Positions 1 to 8,997 of a stretch of 34,956 nucleotides of DNA are shown here, one piece after another. Origin of the DNA: a virus; the IMG/VR virus record IMGVR_UViG_3300021400_000047. One strand, 5' to 3'. A program made the position numbers and the translations under genes. The first letter of the stretch is position 1; each line of letters opens with the position of its first letter. The notes beneath the pieces were generated by a model. The model was not told the origin of the DNA and did not search any database. It saw only the letters and a program-made list of their open reading frames with translations.

Positions 1-107
1 GTCTGCCTTGCCCTCTGCAAGTCTTGTAAGCAGGTTGTTACGCTGCTCTGCTGCTGCGTCGATAGCTGCGCGCTCTTCCTGCAAAGCGGTTACCTCTTCC
101 TCTAACG
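1..107. repeat. Terminal direct repeat copy 1 (circular-closure overlap; identical to 34850..34956)
   Basis: Compared base by base: 1..107 (gtctgccttgccctctgcaag...cctcttcctctaacg) equals 34850..34956 with no mismatch. Confidence 0.95.
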
Positions 108-201
108 CTTTGATCTCGTCGGCGTTCATTTCTGCGCCGCGTGTTTCAAGTTCTGCCTTGATTGCAGCAAGTCGCTGCTCAATTTCTTTACGTCTGTTCA
201 T
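1..201 (-). CDS. Major capsid protein (HK97 fold), 5' end of the gene; body is at 33791..34956 across the junction
   Basis: ATG at 201..199 preceded by AAAGAGAGG. Translates MNRRKEIEQRLAAIKAELETRGAEMNADEIKALEEEVTALQEERAAIDAAAEQ. In frame (117 nt) with track ORF 33791..34933 once the 107-bp overlap is collapsed; full gene is 1260 nt. Confidence 0.85.
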   Translation of the reverse strand, partial: MNRRKEIEQRLAAIKAELETRGAEMNADEIKALEEEVTALQEERAAIDAAAEQRNNLLTRLAEGKAD

Positions 202-234
202 GGTCTTTTTACCTCTCTTTTTATTTGATCTGGT

Positions 235-831
235 TTAAATGCCTGCTCTAATCTTTAGTGCTGCCACGCGTCTTGCCAGCCTCTCCTGCTGTTCTGCCTC
301 GTAACTCCTACGGGCATAGTTACGCGCTGCTATTTCAGTATCGCCGTTAGCTGGTATGCTTACTGCGGATACGTCATATACTTTTTTAATCTTAAGTATT
401 GTGCGGGTGTGTGTTTCCCTGTCGTAGCTGTCCTCTGATACGACAAAAGCCCAGCTCATTTTATTTATCATGCCTGCGGCTATGTCCTCATACAGTCCGC
501 GTGCAAGCTCTGTTTTATCTAAGTCTGCCGCGATAAGTAAGCCGTGGTCGTCTGGGATTAAAAGCAGTGTTTTGTTGCTCTGGCGTGCAAATACTCTGCC
601 CTCATGGTCATACTGCATAATTACGTCGCTCATGTCTGCCCCGTCTAATGCGTGGCGGTCTATCTGCTCGTAATACTTTGTGCCGTCCTCAAACTCCCAC
701 AATACGTATGGCTGGTTAAAGGTTGTAGCGTAGCCCTCTACGTACTTGTCTGTCTGTATGCGTTTGGCTGCGTCCGCTACGCTAAGCGGTGCTGCCAGCG
801 CTCTGTATTCTCTCTCTTTTACTACTGGCAT
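235..831 (-). CDS. HK97-family prohead (maturation) protease
   Basis: 198 aa between portal and capsid. KYVEGYATTFNQPY...IDRHAL...HDHG..LLIA pattern typical of S78/U35 prohead proteases. TAATG overlap with the portal stop. Confidence 0.85.
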   Translation of the reverse strand: MPVVKEREYRALAAPLSVADAAKRIQTDKYVEGYATTFNQPYVLWEFEDGTKYYEQIDRHALDGADMSDVIMQYDHEGRVFARQSNKTLLLIPDDHGLLIAADLDKTELARGLYEDIAAGMINKMSWAFVVSEDSYDRETHTRTILKIKKVYDVSAVSIPANGDTEIAARNYARRSYEAEQQERLARRVAALKIRAGI

Positions 832-2105
832 TACTCTGTACCGTCCTTTCCTGCCGTTTCCTCTGCGCCTGTTGCCTCGTTGCCCTCGGTGTCGTCCTTT
901 GGCTCTGTAGGCTTTGGCTGCTGCACTGGTGCTGCTGCCGCAGGCGGTAAAGTAATTACCTTTGGCTGCTCTCCCAGCTTTTCTACCTCGGTGTATTCCT
1001 TACGTATGTAGTACTGGTCGCCGTTTTCTACGTGCGCCATGTTCCATATATCCATAACGCCGTTACGGTTAAGTAGTCCTCTGTCGAATAGCTGCGTGCT
1101 TACCTGCAATTTAGTTGCATTGCTGGCATATTGCAGGCGGTTTGCACTAAAAGTTATCATGTTGCCGTGTGCGATCTCGCGCGGGCTGTATGTCATGTTT
1201 GACATAACAAGCGATAGCTGCAAAGCAAACGGCTCTATTTTGCCCTCGTAGTAAGCGTTCCACGTTTCCTCGTTAAACTTGTTTTGCAAAATATCCATAT
1301 TTGTGCCAAAGTGCGTGCAAACGCTTTGCTGTATCTGCTCCATTTGCAGTGCGTTTGGCGTGTATGGCTTACTGTCTACCTGCTTAAGCTCGCTAAACTT
1401 GCTATCGTAAATAATCATGCCGCTTTTGTTGTCAGCACTTAAGTTGTCCTCTGTAAAGCGCTCGCGCTCTTTCTTTATGTCCTCTGGCTTAAGCATATTT
1501 GCCACTTTAGCCATAAAGCGTATGTTTGCGCTGTTCTTAACGGCGTTTATAATGCCCTCATTGCCCGTATGTATCAGCTGCATAGTGGGCTGCATGGTGC
1601 TGTTGTCCTCTCCAAAAAGGTCGTTGCGGTACTGGTGGCTCGTCAGCACTCCCACGCGCTCAAACTCAATAGCTGCCCGCTCGCCGTTTGCAAAGGTGTA
1701 GCGCAGGTATACTACGCCCTCGTACTCTATAACCTCGCACATGGCTGGGCGTATCGGATACCAGCCGCAAAGGTCGCCGTATGCGTCCTCTATCGGCACT
1801 ATAAAGGCTGTGTGCTCGCACTCTAAGATAGTTGCCAGTCTTGCTATAAACTTTGTGGTATCCATAAAGCTGTTAGGCTTAAACTGTAGCGTGCGCTCTA
1901 ATGTCTTAAGGGCGCTGCCGCTTATCTCTGGCTTAAGTTTGCTGCAATGCGTAGCAAAGCTGTTAATAGCCGTGCGGGTTAAGTCCATTTCATATACGCC
2001 GCCGTCGTAAGTCGTAAATACTGGGCTGTAGCCGTCCAGCAGCTTAAAATACTGCCCTATGATCTTGCGCTCTCTGGCGTGAAAAATGTAATCAAAAAGC
2101 CCCAT
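831..2105 (-). CDS. Portal protein (HK97-type)
   Basis: 424 aa directly downstream of TerL. N-terminus MGLFDYIF...YFKLLDGYSPVFT and overall pattern typical of the phage portal family. Acidic/Pro-rich C-tail. Confidence 0.85.
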   Translation of the reverse strand: MGLFDYIFHARERKIIGQYFKLLDGYSPVFTTYDGGVYEMDLTRTAINSFATHCSKLKPEISGSALKTLERTLQFKPNSFMDTTKFIARLATILECEHTAFIVPIEDAYGDLCGWYPIRPAMCEVIEYEGVVYLRYTFANGERAAIEFERVGVLTSHQYRNDLFGEDNSTMQPTMQLIHTGNEGIINAVKNSANIRFMAKVANMLKPEDIKKERERFTEDNLSADNKSGMIIYDSKFSELKQVDSKPYTPNALQMEQIQQSVCTHFGTNMDILQNKFNEETWNAYYEGKIEPFALQLSLVMSNMTYSPREIAHGNMITFSANRLQYASNATKLQVSTQLFDRGLLNRNGVMDIWNMAHVENGDQYYIRKEYTEVEKLGEQPKVITLPPAAAAPVQQPKPTEPKDDTEGNEATGAEETAGKDGTE

Positions 2106-2122
2106 TTGTTACTATCCTTTCG

Positions 2123-3796
2123 TTAGGCTGCGTTTTTAAGCAGCTCGCCGTACTCGTTGTAGTATTTCTGTCTCACGGTCATAGCGTCTATAACTGATAC
2201 AAAGCCGTCTATATGTGCCCGCTGCTCAATTTTTATAGGTCTAAATTTCCGTGTTTCCAGATTTTGCTTAAGCGCCACGTTTAAGAAGTGGCTCTTTAGC
2301 AGGTTGTTGCTTGCTATCTTAAAGTCGCCGTCTTTTATAATGCCCTCAAACTCTCGTATAACTGGCGTTAAGTTCTCGCCCTGCCATACGTCGTCTGTGT
2401 GAAAACCGTAGTTGTTTAGGTCGTCTACCAGATACTGGGCGCTGTACCTGTCGTAGCCTATTTGCAGTACGCGTATGCCGTACTCTTCCAGCAGCTCCAC
2501 GTACCAGTTAAATACGTCGTGGTAGTCTACGTAGTTCTCGCCACTTAGCGTTAATATGCCTTGCTTAACGAAAATGTTATACGGCACGCCGTCTGTGGCT
2601 GTCAGTGTCTCTATGCGGTTGCGCGGCATAAAGAATTTTGTAAAGGCGTACAGCTTGCCGTTTTTCTCTACCACAATGCTTGCCGCCGTTAAGTCTGTTG
2701 TCTGGCTTAGGTCTACGCCGCCTACTGCGTAGCAGTCTGTAAACTCGTCTAACGTGATCTCTGCGCCTGCTGCCTCTACTACGCTGTACTCTAACCACGC
2801 TACGCTACTGTTTTGCTTAATGTTGCAGTACTTTGTAAGAAACTCTGCTTTTTTGCTTAAGCTCGTCTCTGCTATCGCGATCTCGTCTACAAAAAAGCTC
2901 TCTTGCACGCTTACGCCCATGTTAGGGTTAGCTTTGCGCAGCTCTGTTAAGTCGTTCCATTTCTCTACGTCGTCTATGATGTACAAAAATGGCAATAGCC
3001 TGCGCTCTTTAGAGTTGCCCTTTAAAAAGCTGGTGCTGCGTTTCATAAGCTCGTCGTAAATACTGTCGTTTATGTATCCTGCCGTGCTTATGCTTAAAAT
3101 CATAGGCTGGGTACGTGCTCCCAGCGCAGACTTCATAACCTCGTACTGCTTAAGCCCGCCGTCTCCTGCCCATGCTGCCATTTCGTCACAAACTACCAGC
3201 TGCGGGTTAAAGCCGTCGCTCTTCTTAGCGTTAAAGGCAATAGGCTTAATTACTGTGTTGCTTTCCTGTATGTAAATGTCGCTGCGTCTCTTCTTTGCCA
3301 GCTCTGCTAAGTCTGGCTCTGCCTGTACCATTTGGTAAAAGCCGTCATATACAAGCGCTGCTTGGTCTAATTTCGGTGCTAAGCAATATATCTCTTGCCC
3401 GTACTCTGGCTCTAAGTAAGCCATGTATGCAATTACGGCGCTGGCAAATAAACTCTTGCCGTTTTTTCTGCCGATAACTATAAAAATTTCACGAAAAACA
3501 CGTATTTTTTGTGCGTCAACTATACCAAAAATGCAGCTTACTATAGCTTTTTGCCATAGCTCTAACTTTATAAGGTCGTTGCGCCCTTTGCTGTGGTGGC
3601 AAAAGCCCTCTATAAAGCGTATTGCCTTGTTTGCGCGCTTTCCGTCGTAAAAATACTCGCCTGCTGCCAGCCCCGCTACTATGATCTTGTATACTGCCAG
3701 TATCCATGCGCCTACTACTATCTCGCCGCTTATGATCTTTGCGTAGTACTCATGTATGTAGCTGGCATACGGCGCGGCTTGTTTCTTACTCGTCAC
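2123..3796 (-). CDS. terL: Terminase large subunit
   Basis: 557 aa. Walker A-like GRKNGKS, Walker B-like LVVCDEMAAW, C-terminal nuclease region. GTG start overlapping the terS end by 11 nt. Confidence 0.9.
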   Translation of the reverse strand: MTSKKQAAPYASYIHEYYAKIISGEIVVGAWILAVYKIIVAGLAAGEYFYDGKRANKAIRFIEGFCHHSKGRNDLIKLELWQKAIVSCIFGIVDAQKIRVFREIFIVIGRKNGKSLFASAVIAYMAYLEPEYGQEIYCLAPKLDQAALVYDGFYQMVQAEPDLAELAKKRRSDIYIQESNTVIKPIAFNAKKSDGFNPQLVVCDEMAAWAGDGGLKQYEVMKSALGARTQPMILSISTAGYINDSIYDELMKRSTSFLKGNSKERRLLPFLYIIDDVEKWNDLTELRKANPNMGVSVQESFFVDEIAIAETSLSKKAEFLTKYCNIKQNSSVAWLEYSVVEAAGAEITLDEFTDCYAVGGVDLSQTTDLTAASIVVEKNGKLYAFTKFFMPRNRIETLTATDGVPYNIFVKQGILTLSGENYVDYHDVFNWYVELLEEYGIRVLQIGYDRYSAQYLVDDLNNYGFHTDDVWQGENLTPVIREFEGIIKDGDFKIASNNLLKSHFLNVALKQNLETRKFRPIKIEQRAHIDGFVSVIDAMTVRQKYYNEYGELLKNAA

Positions 3797-4202
3797 GTAA
3801 AGCAGCTAACCTTGTCTGCTTGCGCTTTGCCTCTGGTACAATGTCTACCAGCTGCTTAATAACTGCGGCGTAGTTTTTACTTAGCGCTATGTACGTGTCA
3901 GCCTCTGGGCTACGTTTTGTGCCGTACTGGTTCTCGCCGTTTTTGTACTCGCTCGTCCAGCCGTCCTGCTCTATGATCTCCTGCAAAGCGTCCAGCTCTA
4001 CGCTCATAAATGCCGCCTTTTCTATAAGCGGTGTAACCAGCTTTCGCTTGTTCTCTTCCAGCTCCTTAAAAATACTGCGTAGTCTGCGCTTTTCCGCGTT
4101 TATTTTTTGTTCTTTGGTTTTCTCGGTCTTAGTCTTTGCAGGTGTCGCTTTTTTCGGCGTAGTCTTTGGCTTTGCTGCCACTTTCTTTACCTGTCCTGCC
4201 AT
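3786..4202 (-). CDS. terS: Terminase small subunit (P27-like)
   Basis: 138 aa. Lys-rich N-terminus, then LVTPLIEKAAFMSVELDALQEII...YGTKRSPEADTYIALSKNY, typical of P27-family TerS. Sits immediately upstream of TerL. Confidence 0.8.
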   Translation of the reverse strand: MAGQVKKVAAKPKTTPKKATPAKTKTEKTKEQKINAEKRRLRSIFKELEENKRKLVTPLIEKAAFMSVELDALQEIIEQDGWTSEYKNGENQYGTKRSPEADTYIALSKNYAAVIKQLVDIVPEAKRKQTRLAALRDE

Positions 4203-4301
4203 ATCTTGCCTCGCTCCCTACACCACACCCCCTACTACACCACGCCTGCGCGCGCTCGTAGAGTTTTTTTATACTCCCCGCTCGGTTACCGCTCCCCAAA
4301 C

Positions 4302-4649
4302 TCAAAAAGATTTTATGGGGGGGGATATGCGCCCGCCGCTCGTTCGTGTCTCGGTTGTGTCTGGTGTGATCTGTCTTAAGTTTCCTGTTTCGTCAAACTC
4401 GTAACGCTGTTGTCTTTCGTTCCTGTGGTGCTCTTTGTTGTGGCACTCTTGGCAAAGCGCCTCTAAGTTGTTCCAGCTAAGTGTAAGCTCTGGGCTGTTT
4501 ATATTCTGCGGTGTTAAGTACGTCCTGTGGTGTACCACTTTGGCTATGTCGCCGCAGCGCTCGCATATGTAGTGCTGGCTAAGTAGGTAGGCTGCCCGTG
4601 TCTGTCTCCACGCTTGCCCCTCGTAAAATTCTTTAGCCCATGCTTTCAT
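4302..4649 (-). CDS. HNH endonuclease (terminase-associated)
   Basis: CERCG...VHH...CQECHNKEHH ββα-metal motif, next to terS as in HK97-like cos phages. ATG at 4649 preferred; the track's alternative GTG is at 4658. Confidence 0.85.
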   Translation of the reverse strand: MKAWAKEFYEGQAWRQTRAAYLLSQHYICERCGDIAKVVHHRTYLTPQNINSPELTLSWNNLEALCQECHNKEHHRNERQQRYEFDETGNLRQITPDTTETRTSGGRISPPIKSF

Positions 4650-4820
4650 ACTGCCCACCGCCTAACTGTCGCGCCCAGCGCCCTGTATTTCATGCGCTGG
4701 GTTAGGAGGCTAAGATACGCGCAAAGTACTGCGGCTGCGCATAGCACTAACCACAATACCCTACGCTATAAGTGTAACCTTGCCCCGCTTAACATAACAC
4801 CCCAGCTTATTACCACGTTT

Positions 4821-5243
4821 TTACCACTCGTCTAAGCCCCATAGCAGTACGCTTAGCTCGTTAATAACATAGCCTACCCAGCGGCGCGGCGTGTTCTTTC
4901 CTGTGTCTAAGTCCTCTGCTATCTGCTCGTATGTCTTGCCCTGCATAAAGTACAGTTCAAAAGCCTTGTACTCCATATCGCGCCCCGCTGCCGTGCACTT
5001 GCGCTTAGCCTCTGCTACCGCTGTGTCTATACGCTCTAACGTGTACTCTGTCCTTAGCCTGCTCTCGTCTGTTGCTGCGTTCTGTGCATGGTATACAGCG
5101 TCACGGTATCGGCGCATAAGGTTATACGTGTCTTGGTATCTGCCTTGCCGTCTGGCTTTCTTTTCCTGTCTTTTGTACTCTTCCACGCCCGCCTTAGCCG
5201 CGTCCTTTAGCAGCTTTGCTAACTCGTCCTCTGTTATCCTCAT
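4821..5243 (-). CDS. ArpU/RinA-like (sigma-70 region-4-like) late transcription regulator
   Basis: 140 aa. C-terminal HTH-like FELYFMQGKTYEQIAEDLDTGKNTPRRW. Sits just upstream of the HNH/terminase genes, as in Firmicutes phages. Confidence 0.6.
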   Translation of the reverse strand: MRITEDELAKLLKDAAKAGVEEYKRQEKKARRQGRYQDTYNLMRRYRDAVYHAQNAATDESRLRTEYTLERIDTAVAEAKRKCTAAGRDMEYKAFELYFMQGKTYEQIAEDLDTGKNTPRRWVGYVINELSVLLWGLDEW

Positions 5244-5264
5244 GCACTCGCCTGCCTTTCTGGT

Positions 5265-5672
5265 CTACCTAAATGGCAGCTCGTCTGCTGCATAGTCTGG
5301 TATATCCATAAAGCCTGCGTCTGTGTCTGCTGCTGCCTGCTGCTCTCTTCCTGCCCTCTGCTCTGCCTCTTGCTTTGTCTCTCCAAAGCCTATGCTGCTT
5401 ACCAGTACCTCTGTGTAGTAAACCTCTTTACCGTCTCTGTTTGTATAGTGTCCTGTCTTAAGCCTGCCCGTAAGCTCTACTTTTGTGCCCTTGTGCGTCC
5501 AGCGTTCTACCCACTCTGCCTGCTTTCCCAGCGCTTTAATGCTTGGGTAGTCCGTGCCGTTGTAGTCGTCCACTGCCAGCGTAAAACGTGCTACCGCTGT
5601 GGCGTTCTCTCCCTGCGTGTACCTTACGTCTGCGTCTTTCGTAAGCCTGCCGCTAAGTACTACGTTATTCAC
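5265..5672 (-). CDS. ssb: Single-stranded DNA-binding protein
   Basis: OB-fold N-terminus NVVLSGRLTKDADVRYTQGENATAVARFTLAV, and an acidic C-terminal tip DIPDYAADELPF. GTG start. Confidence 0.9.
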   Translation of the reverse strand: MNNVVLSGRLTKDADVRYTQGENATAVARFTLAVDDYNGTDYPSIKALGKQAEWVERWTHKGTKVELTGRLKTGHYTNRDGKEVYYTEVLVSSIGFGETKQEAEQRAGREQQAAADTDAGFMDIPDYAADELPFR

Positions 5673-5811
5673 TCTGCGCGCCCTCTCTTTCTCGTATGCC
5701 TGCTGCCAGCTCTGTTGTATGCCTCTTTGTCTTTGCTACCTCTGCAATGATCTGCGCCACTAAAACCGTAATACAGATAATGCCCGTAATTACTACTGCT
5801 GTAATGTTCAT
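5665..5811 (-). CDS. Small single-pass membrane protein (48 aa, below the ORF-track cutoff)
   Basis: My translation: MNITAVVITGIICITVLVAQIIAEVAKTKRHTTELAAGIRERERAQSE. ATGA start/stop overlap with ORF 5808..6101; its stop overlaps the ssb GTG (GTGAATAA). Preferred over the Arg/Ser/Tyr-rich track ORF 5669..5899. Confidence 0.4.
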   Translation of the reverse strand: MNITAVVITGIICITVLVAQIIAEVAKTKRHTTELAAGIREREGAQSE

Positions 5812-6101
5812 ACCGTGCCCTCGCTTTCTCGGTACTGCTGCACCGTTGCCGTGTTATAGTTCTCTGCCATTTCTCCAAAGGTTTTACTTGCTGCTGCAAA
5901 GCCGTTGCTTATCGTTTCGCAAGCGTCTGCAAGCGCTCTGTGTAAAGCTGGCGCAAAGTTGTTAAGTGCCTCTGCGATCTGTGGCAGCAATATGCTTAAC
6001 TGCTGTGCTACCAGCCTTGCCCTCTTCCTCTTGTCCTCTTCTATCGGCGGGTTATAGCCGTGCTGCTTTTTGTATCTCTTTTTCCACTGCCTATAGTTCA
6101 T
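5808..6101 (-). CDS. Hypothetical protein
   Basis: 97-aa ORF in the same-strand array, 4-nt overlap with the upstream ORF. No motif recognised. Confidence 0.55.
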   Translation of the reverse strand: MNYRQWKKRYKKQHGYNPPIEEDKRKRARLVAQQLSILLPQIAEALNNFAPALHRALADACETISNGFAAASKTFGEMAENYNTATVQQYRESEGTV

Positions 6102-6301
6102 GTACTCGCCTCACTTTCTTTGCTCTTTGTCTGCTGCTTGCTTAGTACTCTTTCTATCAGCCGCCATAGGTCGTCTTGCTTAATCTCTAAAATAGCCCTC
6201 ATAAGCTCTAACTTAATCGTGTAGCATATCTCGTTTTGCTCGTCTGTCAGCTTTTCGCTTTTTGCGCCCTGTTTTCCTGCGCTGCTCTTATCATTTCCCA
6301 T
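6098..6301 (-). CDS. Hypothetical protein
   Basis: 67 aa. GAGGG 7 nt upstream of the ATG at 6301. No motif recognised. Confidence 0.55.
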   Translation of the reverse strand: MGNDKSSAGKQGAKSEKLTDEQNEICYTIKLELMRAILEIKQDDLWRLIERVLSKQQTKSKESEAST

Positions 6302-6438
6302 ATTGCGCCCTCACTTACTCCCAGATTAGCAGGCAGCGTAACCGCCACGCCGCTGCCGCTGTTTATCTGGTGCTCTATGTACTTGCGTATCCTGCCTACG
6401 TTGCCTTTAAGATATTTCTTACGCTGTCGTCTATTCAT
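6247..6438 (-). CDS. Hypothetical basic protein
   Basis: 63 aa starting MNRRQRKKYLKG. Overlaps the next ORF by 55 nt, so its true extent or reality is uncertain. Confidence 0.4.
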   Translation of the reverse strand: MNRRQRKKYLKGNVGRIRKYIEHQINSGSGVAVTLPANLGVSEGAIWEMIRAAQENRAQKAKS

Positions 6439-7678
6439 GCGCCACGCTTTCTACGGTGTCCGTTTCGGATACCTTAAGCAGCTCTATGCCCAGTATTGCG
6501 TAGCCCTCTGCAAGTCCGCTGTACTCTTCCAGCATATAGGTTATGTCTGCCAGTATGCTGCGCCCTGTGTAAGCGCCTGCTGCATATTCCTGCATAAGCA
6601 GCTTGTCGCCTACTTTGTAGCCTCTGTCGTTTTTCCTAAGCTCAAAGCGCTTTTTGCCGCTTACAATGTCAGCCCACCAGCTTGTAGCTAACTTTACCTC
6701 GTGCGTTTTTGGCTCTCTTACTGGCGCGCCTGCTGCCATGCGCTCTGCGTCCTCTTTTTCGCGCAGCTTTCTGGCTGTCTCTCTGTCTATCCTGTCCTGC
6801 TCTTCACTGTAGCGCTGCTCGTCGGTCTTTTCTGCCTCTGCCTTGTTTACGTACTCGTCGCACTTTTCGCAAGTGCCCGTTTTTACGTTGCAGGTGCTGT
6901 AATTTAAGCAGCTGTAGCATAGGCTCGTTATACTCTCTGGGTGCGGCGTGCGGTAGTCGTCGCCTGCCTGCCGTTCTTTTACCTTTTCTGCGATCTCTTT
7001 AGCCCTTACCTCGCCTGCTGCCGCCTGCGCTGCTATCTCGTCCTGCTCTTCCTCTGGCAGCTTGCTGGTTTCATATGCAGCCGTTACGCCTAAATTACCA
7101 GCCTTAAACTGCTCTTTTGCAGCAGGGCTTAAGTTTTTGTCTATCTGCTCCATGCGTGCTACGTTTGTGCTGCTTTCTCCCAGTATGTCCGCTACCATAT
7201 TGCGCAGCTTTCCTGTGATCTCTAAGCCGTCCTCGTCTCTCGCCTTAATAAGTGCCCTGCGCAAGCGCGCTGCCTGCTCTGTTTTCTCGTAGGCTGTAAG
7301 CTCTCTGTTAAAGGCGTTGCCCACAAGTAGCGATAGCTCAAAGGTTGCCTCTGGCATATCTCTGTACAGATAGCGCACGCTTTTGTACTGCTCGTGCCCC
7401 TGCTCAATAAGCAGGCGGTTTGCTGCGTTTCGTCTATGCCCGCTAATTATCCTGTACTCGCCGTTTACTCTTCCCAGTACCGTAGGCTGCTGCTGTCCTA
7501 CAGCTAAAATGCTGTCTGCCAGTTCCTGTATGTTCTCTTGGCTATAAAAATTGCTCTCGCTCTCTTTTACGTCGCATGGATTTAACCAGATTTCTGTATA
7601 CTCTGTTACCTGCGTCTCTGTCTGCGCCTTGCTCTGCGCGTTCATAATATCCATAAAGCTAAACTTGCCCGCTGCCAT
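6431..7678 (-). CDS. ParB N-terminal-domain protein fused to a Cys cluster and a C-terminal DUF3850/ASCH-like (PUA-fold) domain
   Basis: ParB/Srx motif RIISGHRRNAA at the N-terminus. Central CYSCLNYSTCNVKTGTCEKCDEY. C-terminus HEVKLATSWWADIVSGKKRFELRKNDRGYKVGDKLLMQEY...YTGR resembles DUF3850/ASCH. Directly downstream of parA. Confidence 0.7.
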   Translation of the reverse strand: MAAGKFSFMDIMNAQSKAQTETQVTEYTEIWLNPCDVKESESNFYSQENIQELADSILAVGQQQPTVLGRVNGEYRIISGHRRNAANRLLIEQGHEQYKSVRYLYRDMPEATFELSLLVGNAFNRELTAYEKTEQAARLRRALIKARDEDGLEITGKLRNMVADILGESSTNVARMEQIDKNLSPAAKEQFKAGNLGVTAAYETSKLPEEEQDEIAAQAAAGEVRAKEIAEKVKERQAGDDYRTPHPESITSLCYSCLNYSTCNVKTGTCEKCDEYVNKAEAEKTDEQRYSEEQDRIDRETARKLREKEDAERMAAGAPVREPKTHEVKLATSWWADIVSGKKRFELRKNDRGYKVGDKLLMQEYAAGAYTGRSILADITYMLEEYSGLAEGYAILGIELLKVSETDTVESVAHE

Positions 7679-7679
7679 A

Positions 7680-8495
7680 TTACTTGCCCCCTTTCTGTGC
7701 CTGTAAGTACGCTGTTACAAAGTTCTTATAGTCCTGTGCTGCTCCGCAGCGTGGGCTATACTCATATACTGGCTGCATAAAAAATGTGCTCTCTGCTGCC
7801 TTTGGCGTATAACGTATCTTTGCAAGCGCCTGTATAGGGCTGTTTTTCTCTAACCACTCTAAGCCAGCTACGTTAGTGTCGTCGTTTCTGTACATGGTTA
7901 CCAGCGCGCCTAACAGCTGTATGTTTGGGTTAATGTCTTTGGCTGTCTCTATCTGCTGGGCTATGATCTCTAAGCCCTCTAACGCCCACTCGTCTATTTT
8001 TACGGGTACTATTACCTCGTCCGTGATCTCCAAAGCGTTTGCCACGTTAAAGGCAATGTCTGGCGGGTTGTCGATTATCATAAAGTCGTACCAGTCGCGT
8101 ATTGTGCGTGGAAACGGTAGCCCGTCCTCGCAGTTGCTTATAGGTGTCTCTAACAGCTTTTTGTATCTACCCAGCTGGTTACCTGTCTCTGCTGCAAGCT
8201 GGTACGTAGCTGTCATAAGTGACATATTGCCCGTTATTACGTCCAGTACACCGTTAGTAGCTCCCACGTCTGTAATTACGTCCAGCGCATAGGTGTATTT
8301 ACCTGTAAGCGCTCTGGCTGCGCCGCAGTTTCCTAACGCTCCATACTTACCCAGTGCCTTACTTACGTTGCCCTGCTTGTCGTTATCCAGTACAAGTACT
8401 TTGTAGCCGCGCTTATACAGCTCGTATGCCATATTGTGCGCTGTAAAGGTTTTACCTACGCCGCCTTTAAGGTTAATAATGCTTATTACTTTCAT
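7680..8495 (-). CDS. parA: ParA/Soj-family partition ATPase
   Basis: Deviant Walker A IINLKGGVGKT and VLVLDNDKQGN. 271 aa. Forms an operon with the ParB-like gene. Confidence 0.9.
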   Translation of the reverse strand: MKVISIINLKGGVGKTFTAHNMAYELYKRGYKVLVLDNDKQGNVSKALGKYGALGNCGAARALTGKYTYALDVITDVGATNGVLDVITGNMSLMTATYQLAAETGNQLGRYKKLLETPISNCEDGLPFPRTIRDWYDFMIIDNPPDIAFNVANALEITDEVIVPVKIDEWALEGLEIIAQQIETAKDINPNIQLLGALVTMYRNDDTNVAGLEWLEKNSPIQALAKIRYTPKAAESTFFMQPVYEYSPRCGAAQDYKNFVTAYLQAQKGGK

Positions 8496-8559
8496 GCTTT
8501 GCCCTCTCTTTCTCTCCGTTGAGTCTCTGGCTTTGTTTATAGTTCCTGTCTTTTGTGAT

Positions 8560-8997
8560 CTATGTAGCAGGCTGCAAGGTTGGCATATCTGCCAGCGCTG
8601 CTGCCGTTGCTGCCGTCTCTAAAAGCGTGCCTGTGTTTAAGTATTCTGCCAGCGTTTCTGCTGCCTCTTCCCAGCCGTAGCATACAGCTGTTGCATAGTC
8701 CTGCTGCCGCAAGTTCTTAAGCCACTGCTTTTGCAGTTCTGTTGGCTTGTTGCTGCCTACCTTAAGCTCTATGTAAAGCCCGTGCCAGCCGCCGCGCGCT
8801 ACTGGTAAGCATAAATCTGGCACGCCTGCCTTTACGCCCTGCCGCTTTAAGGCTCTTGCCGTGGCTGCGTCTCTCTTGCCGCCGTTTGGTACGTGGTAGA
8901 GTAGCCTAAGCTCTGGGTACTTACCGCGCTGCATATCGCACCAGCTAAATAGTGCCTCTTGTGCGCCTGCCTCGTGGTCTATCCTGTAATTTCTCAC
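8560..8997 (-). CDS. VRR-NUC domain nuclease
   Basis: PD-(D/E)xK pattern GVKAGVPDL...GLYIELK...LQKQW, typical of VRR-NUC. Confidence 0.75.
   Translation of the reverse strand: MRNYRIDHEAGAQEALFSWCDMQRGKYPELRLLYHVPNGGKRDAATARALKRQGVKAGVPDLCLPVARGGWHGLYIELKVGSNKPTELQKQWLKNLRQQDYATAVCYGWEEAAETLAEYLNTGTLLETAATAAALADMPTLQPAT

Noticed and set aside
2577-2798. Nested minus-strand ORFs inside longer genes (2577-2798, 3516-3707, 7222-7407, 12547-12768, 14777-14980, 22843-23067, 28699-28944).
   Set aside because: Each lies wholly inside a larger recognisable gene in another frame, and all have Arg-rich, out-of-frame-looking sequences.
4659-4820. Late promoter or terminator in the gap between the ArpU-like gene and the HNH gene (stem cccagcgc/gcgctggg, nested within cctaac/gttagg).
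   Set aside because: A structure is present, but there is no U-tract and I found no convincing -35/-10 pair. There is not enough evidence to call a specific element.
5669-5899. 76-aa minus-strand ORF overlapping ORF 5808..6101.
   Set aside because: Its composition (Arg/Ser/Tyr/Gly-rich) looks out of frame and it overlaps its neighbour by 92 nt. The alternative 48-aa TM ORF 5665-5811, with an ATGA overlap, fits the gene packing better.
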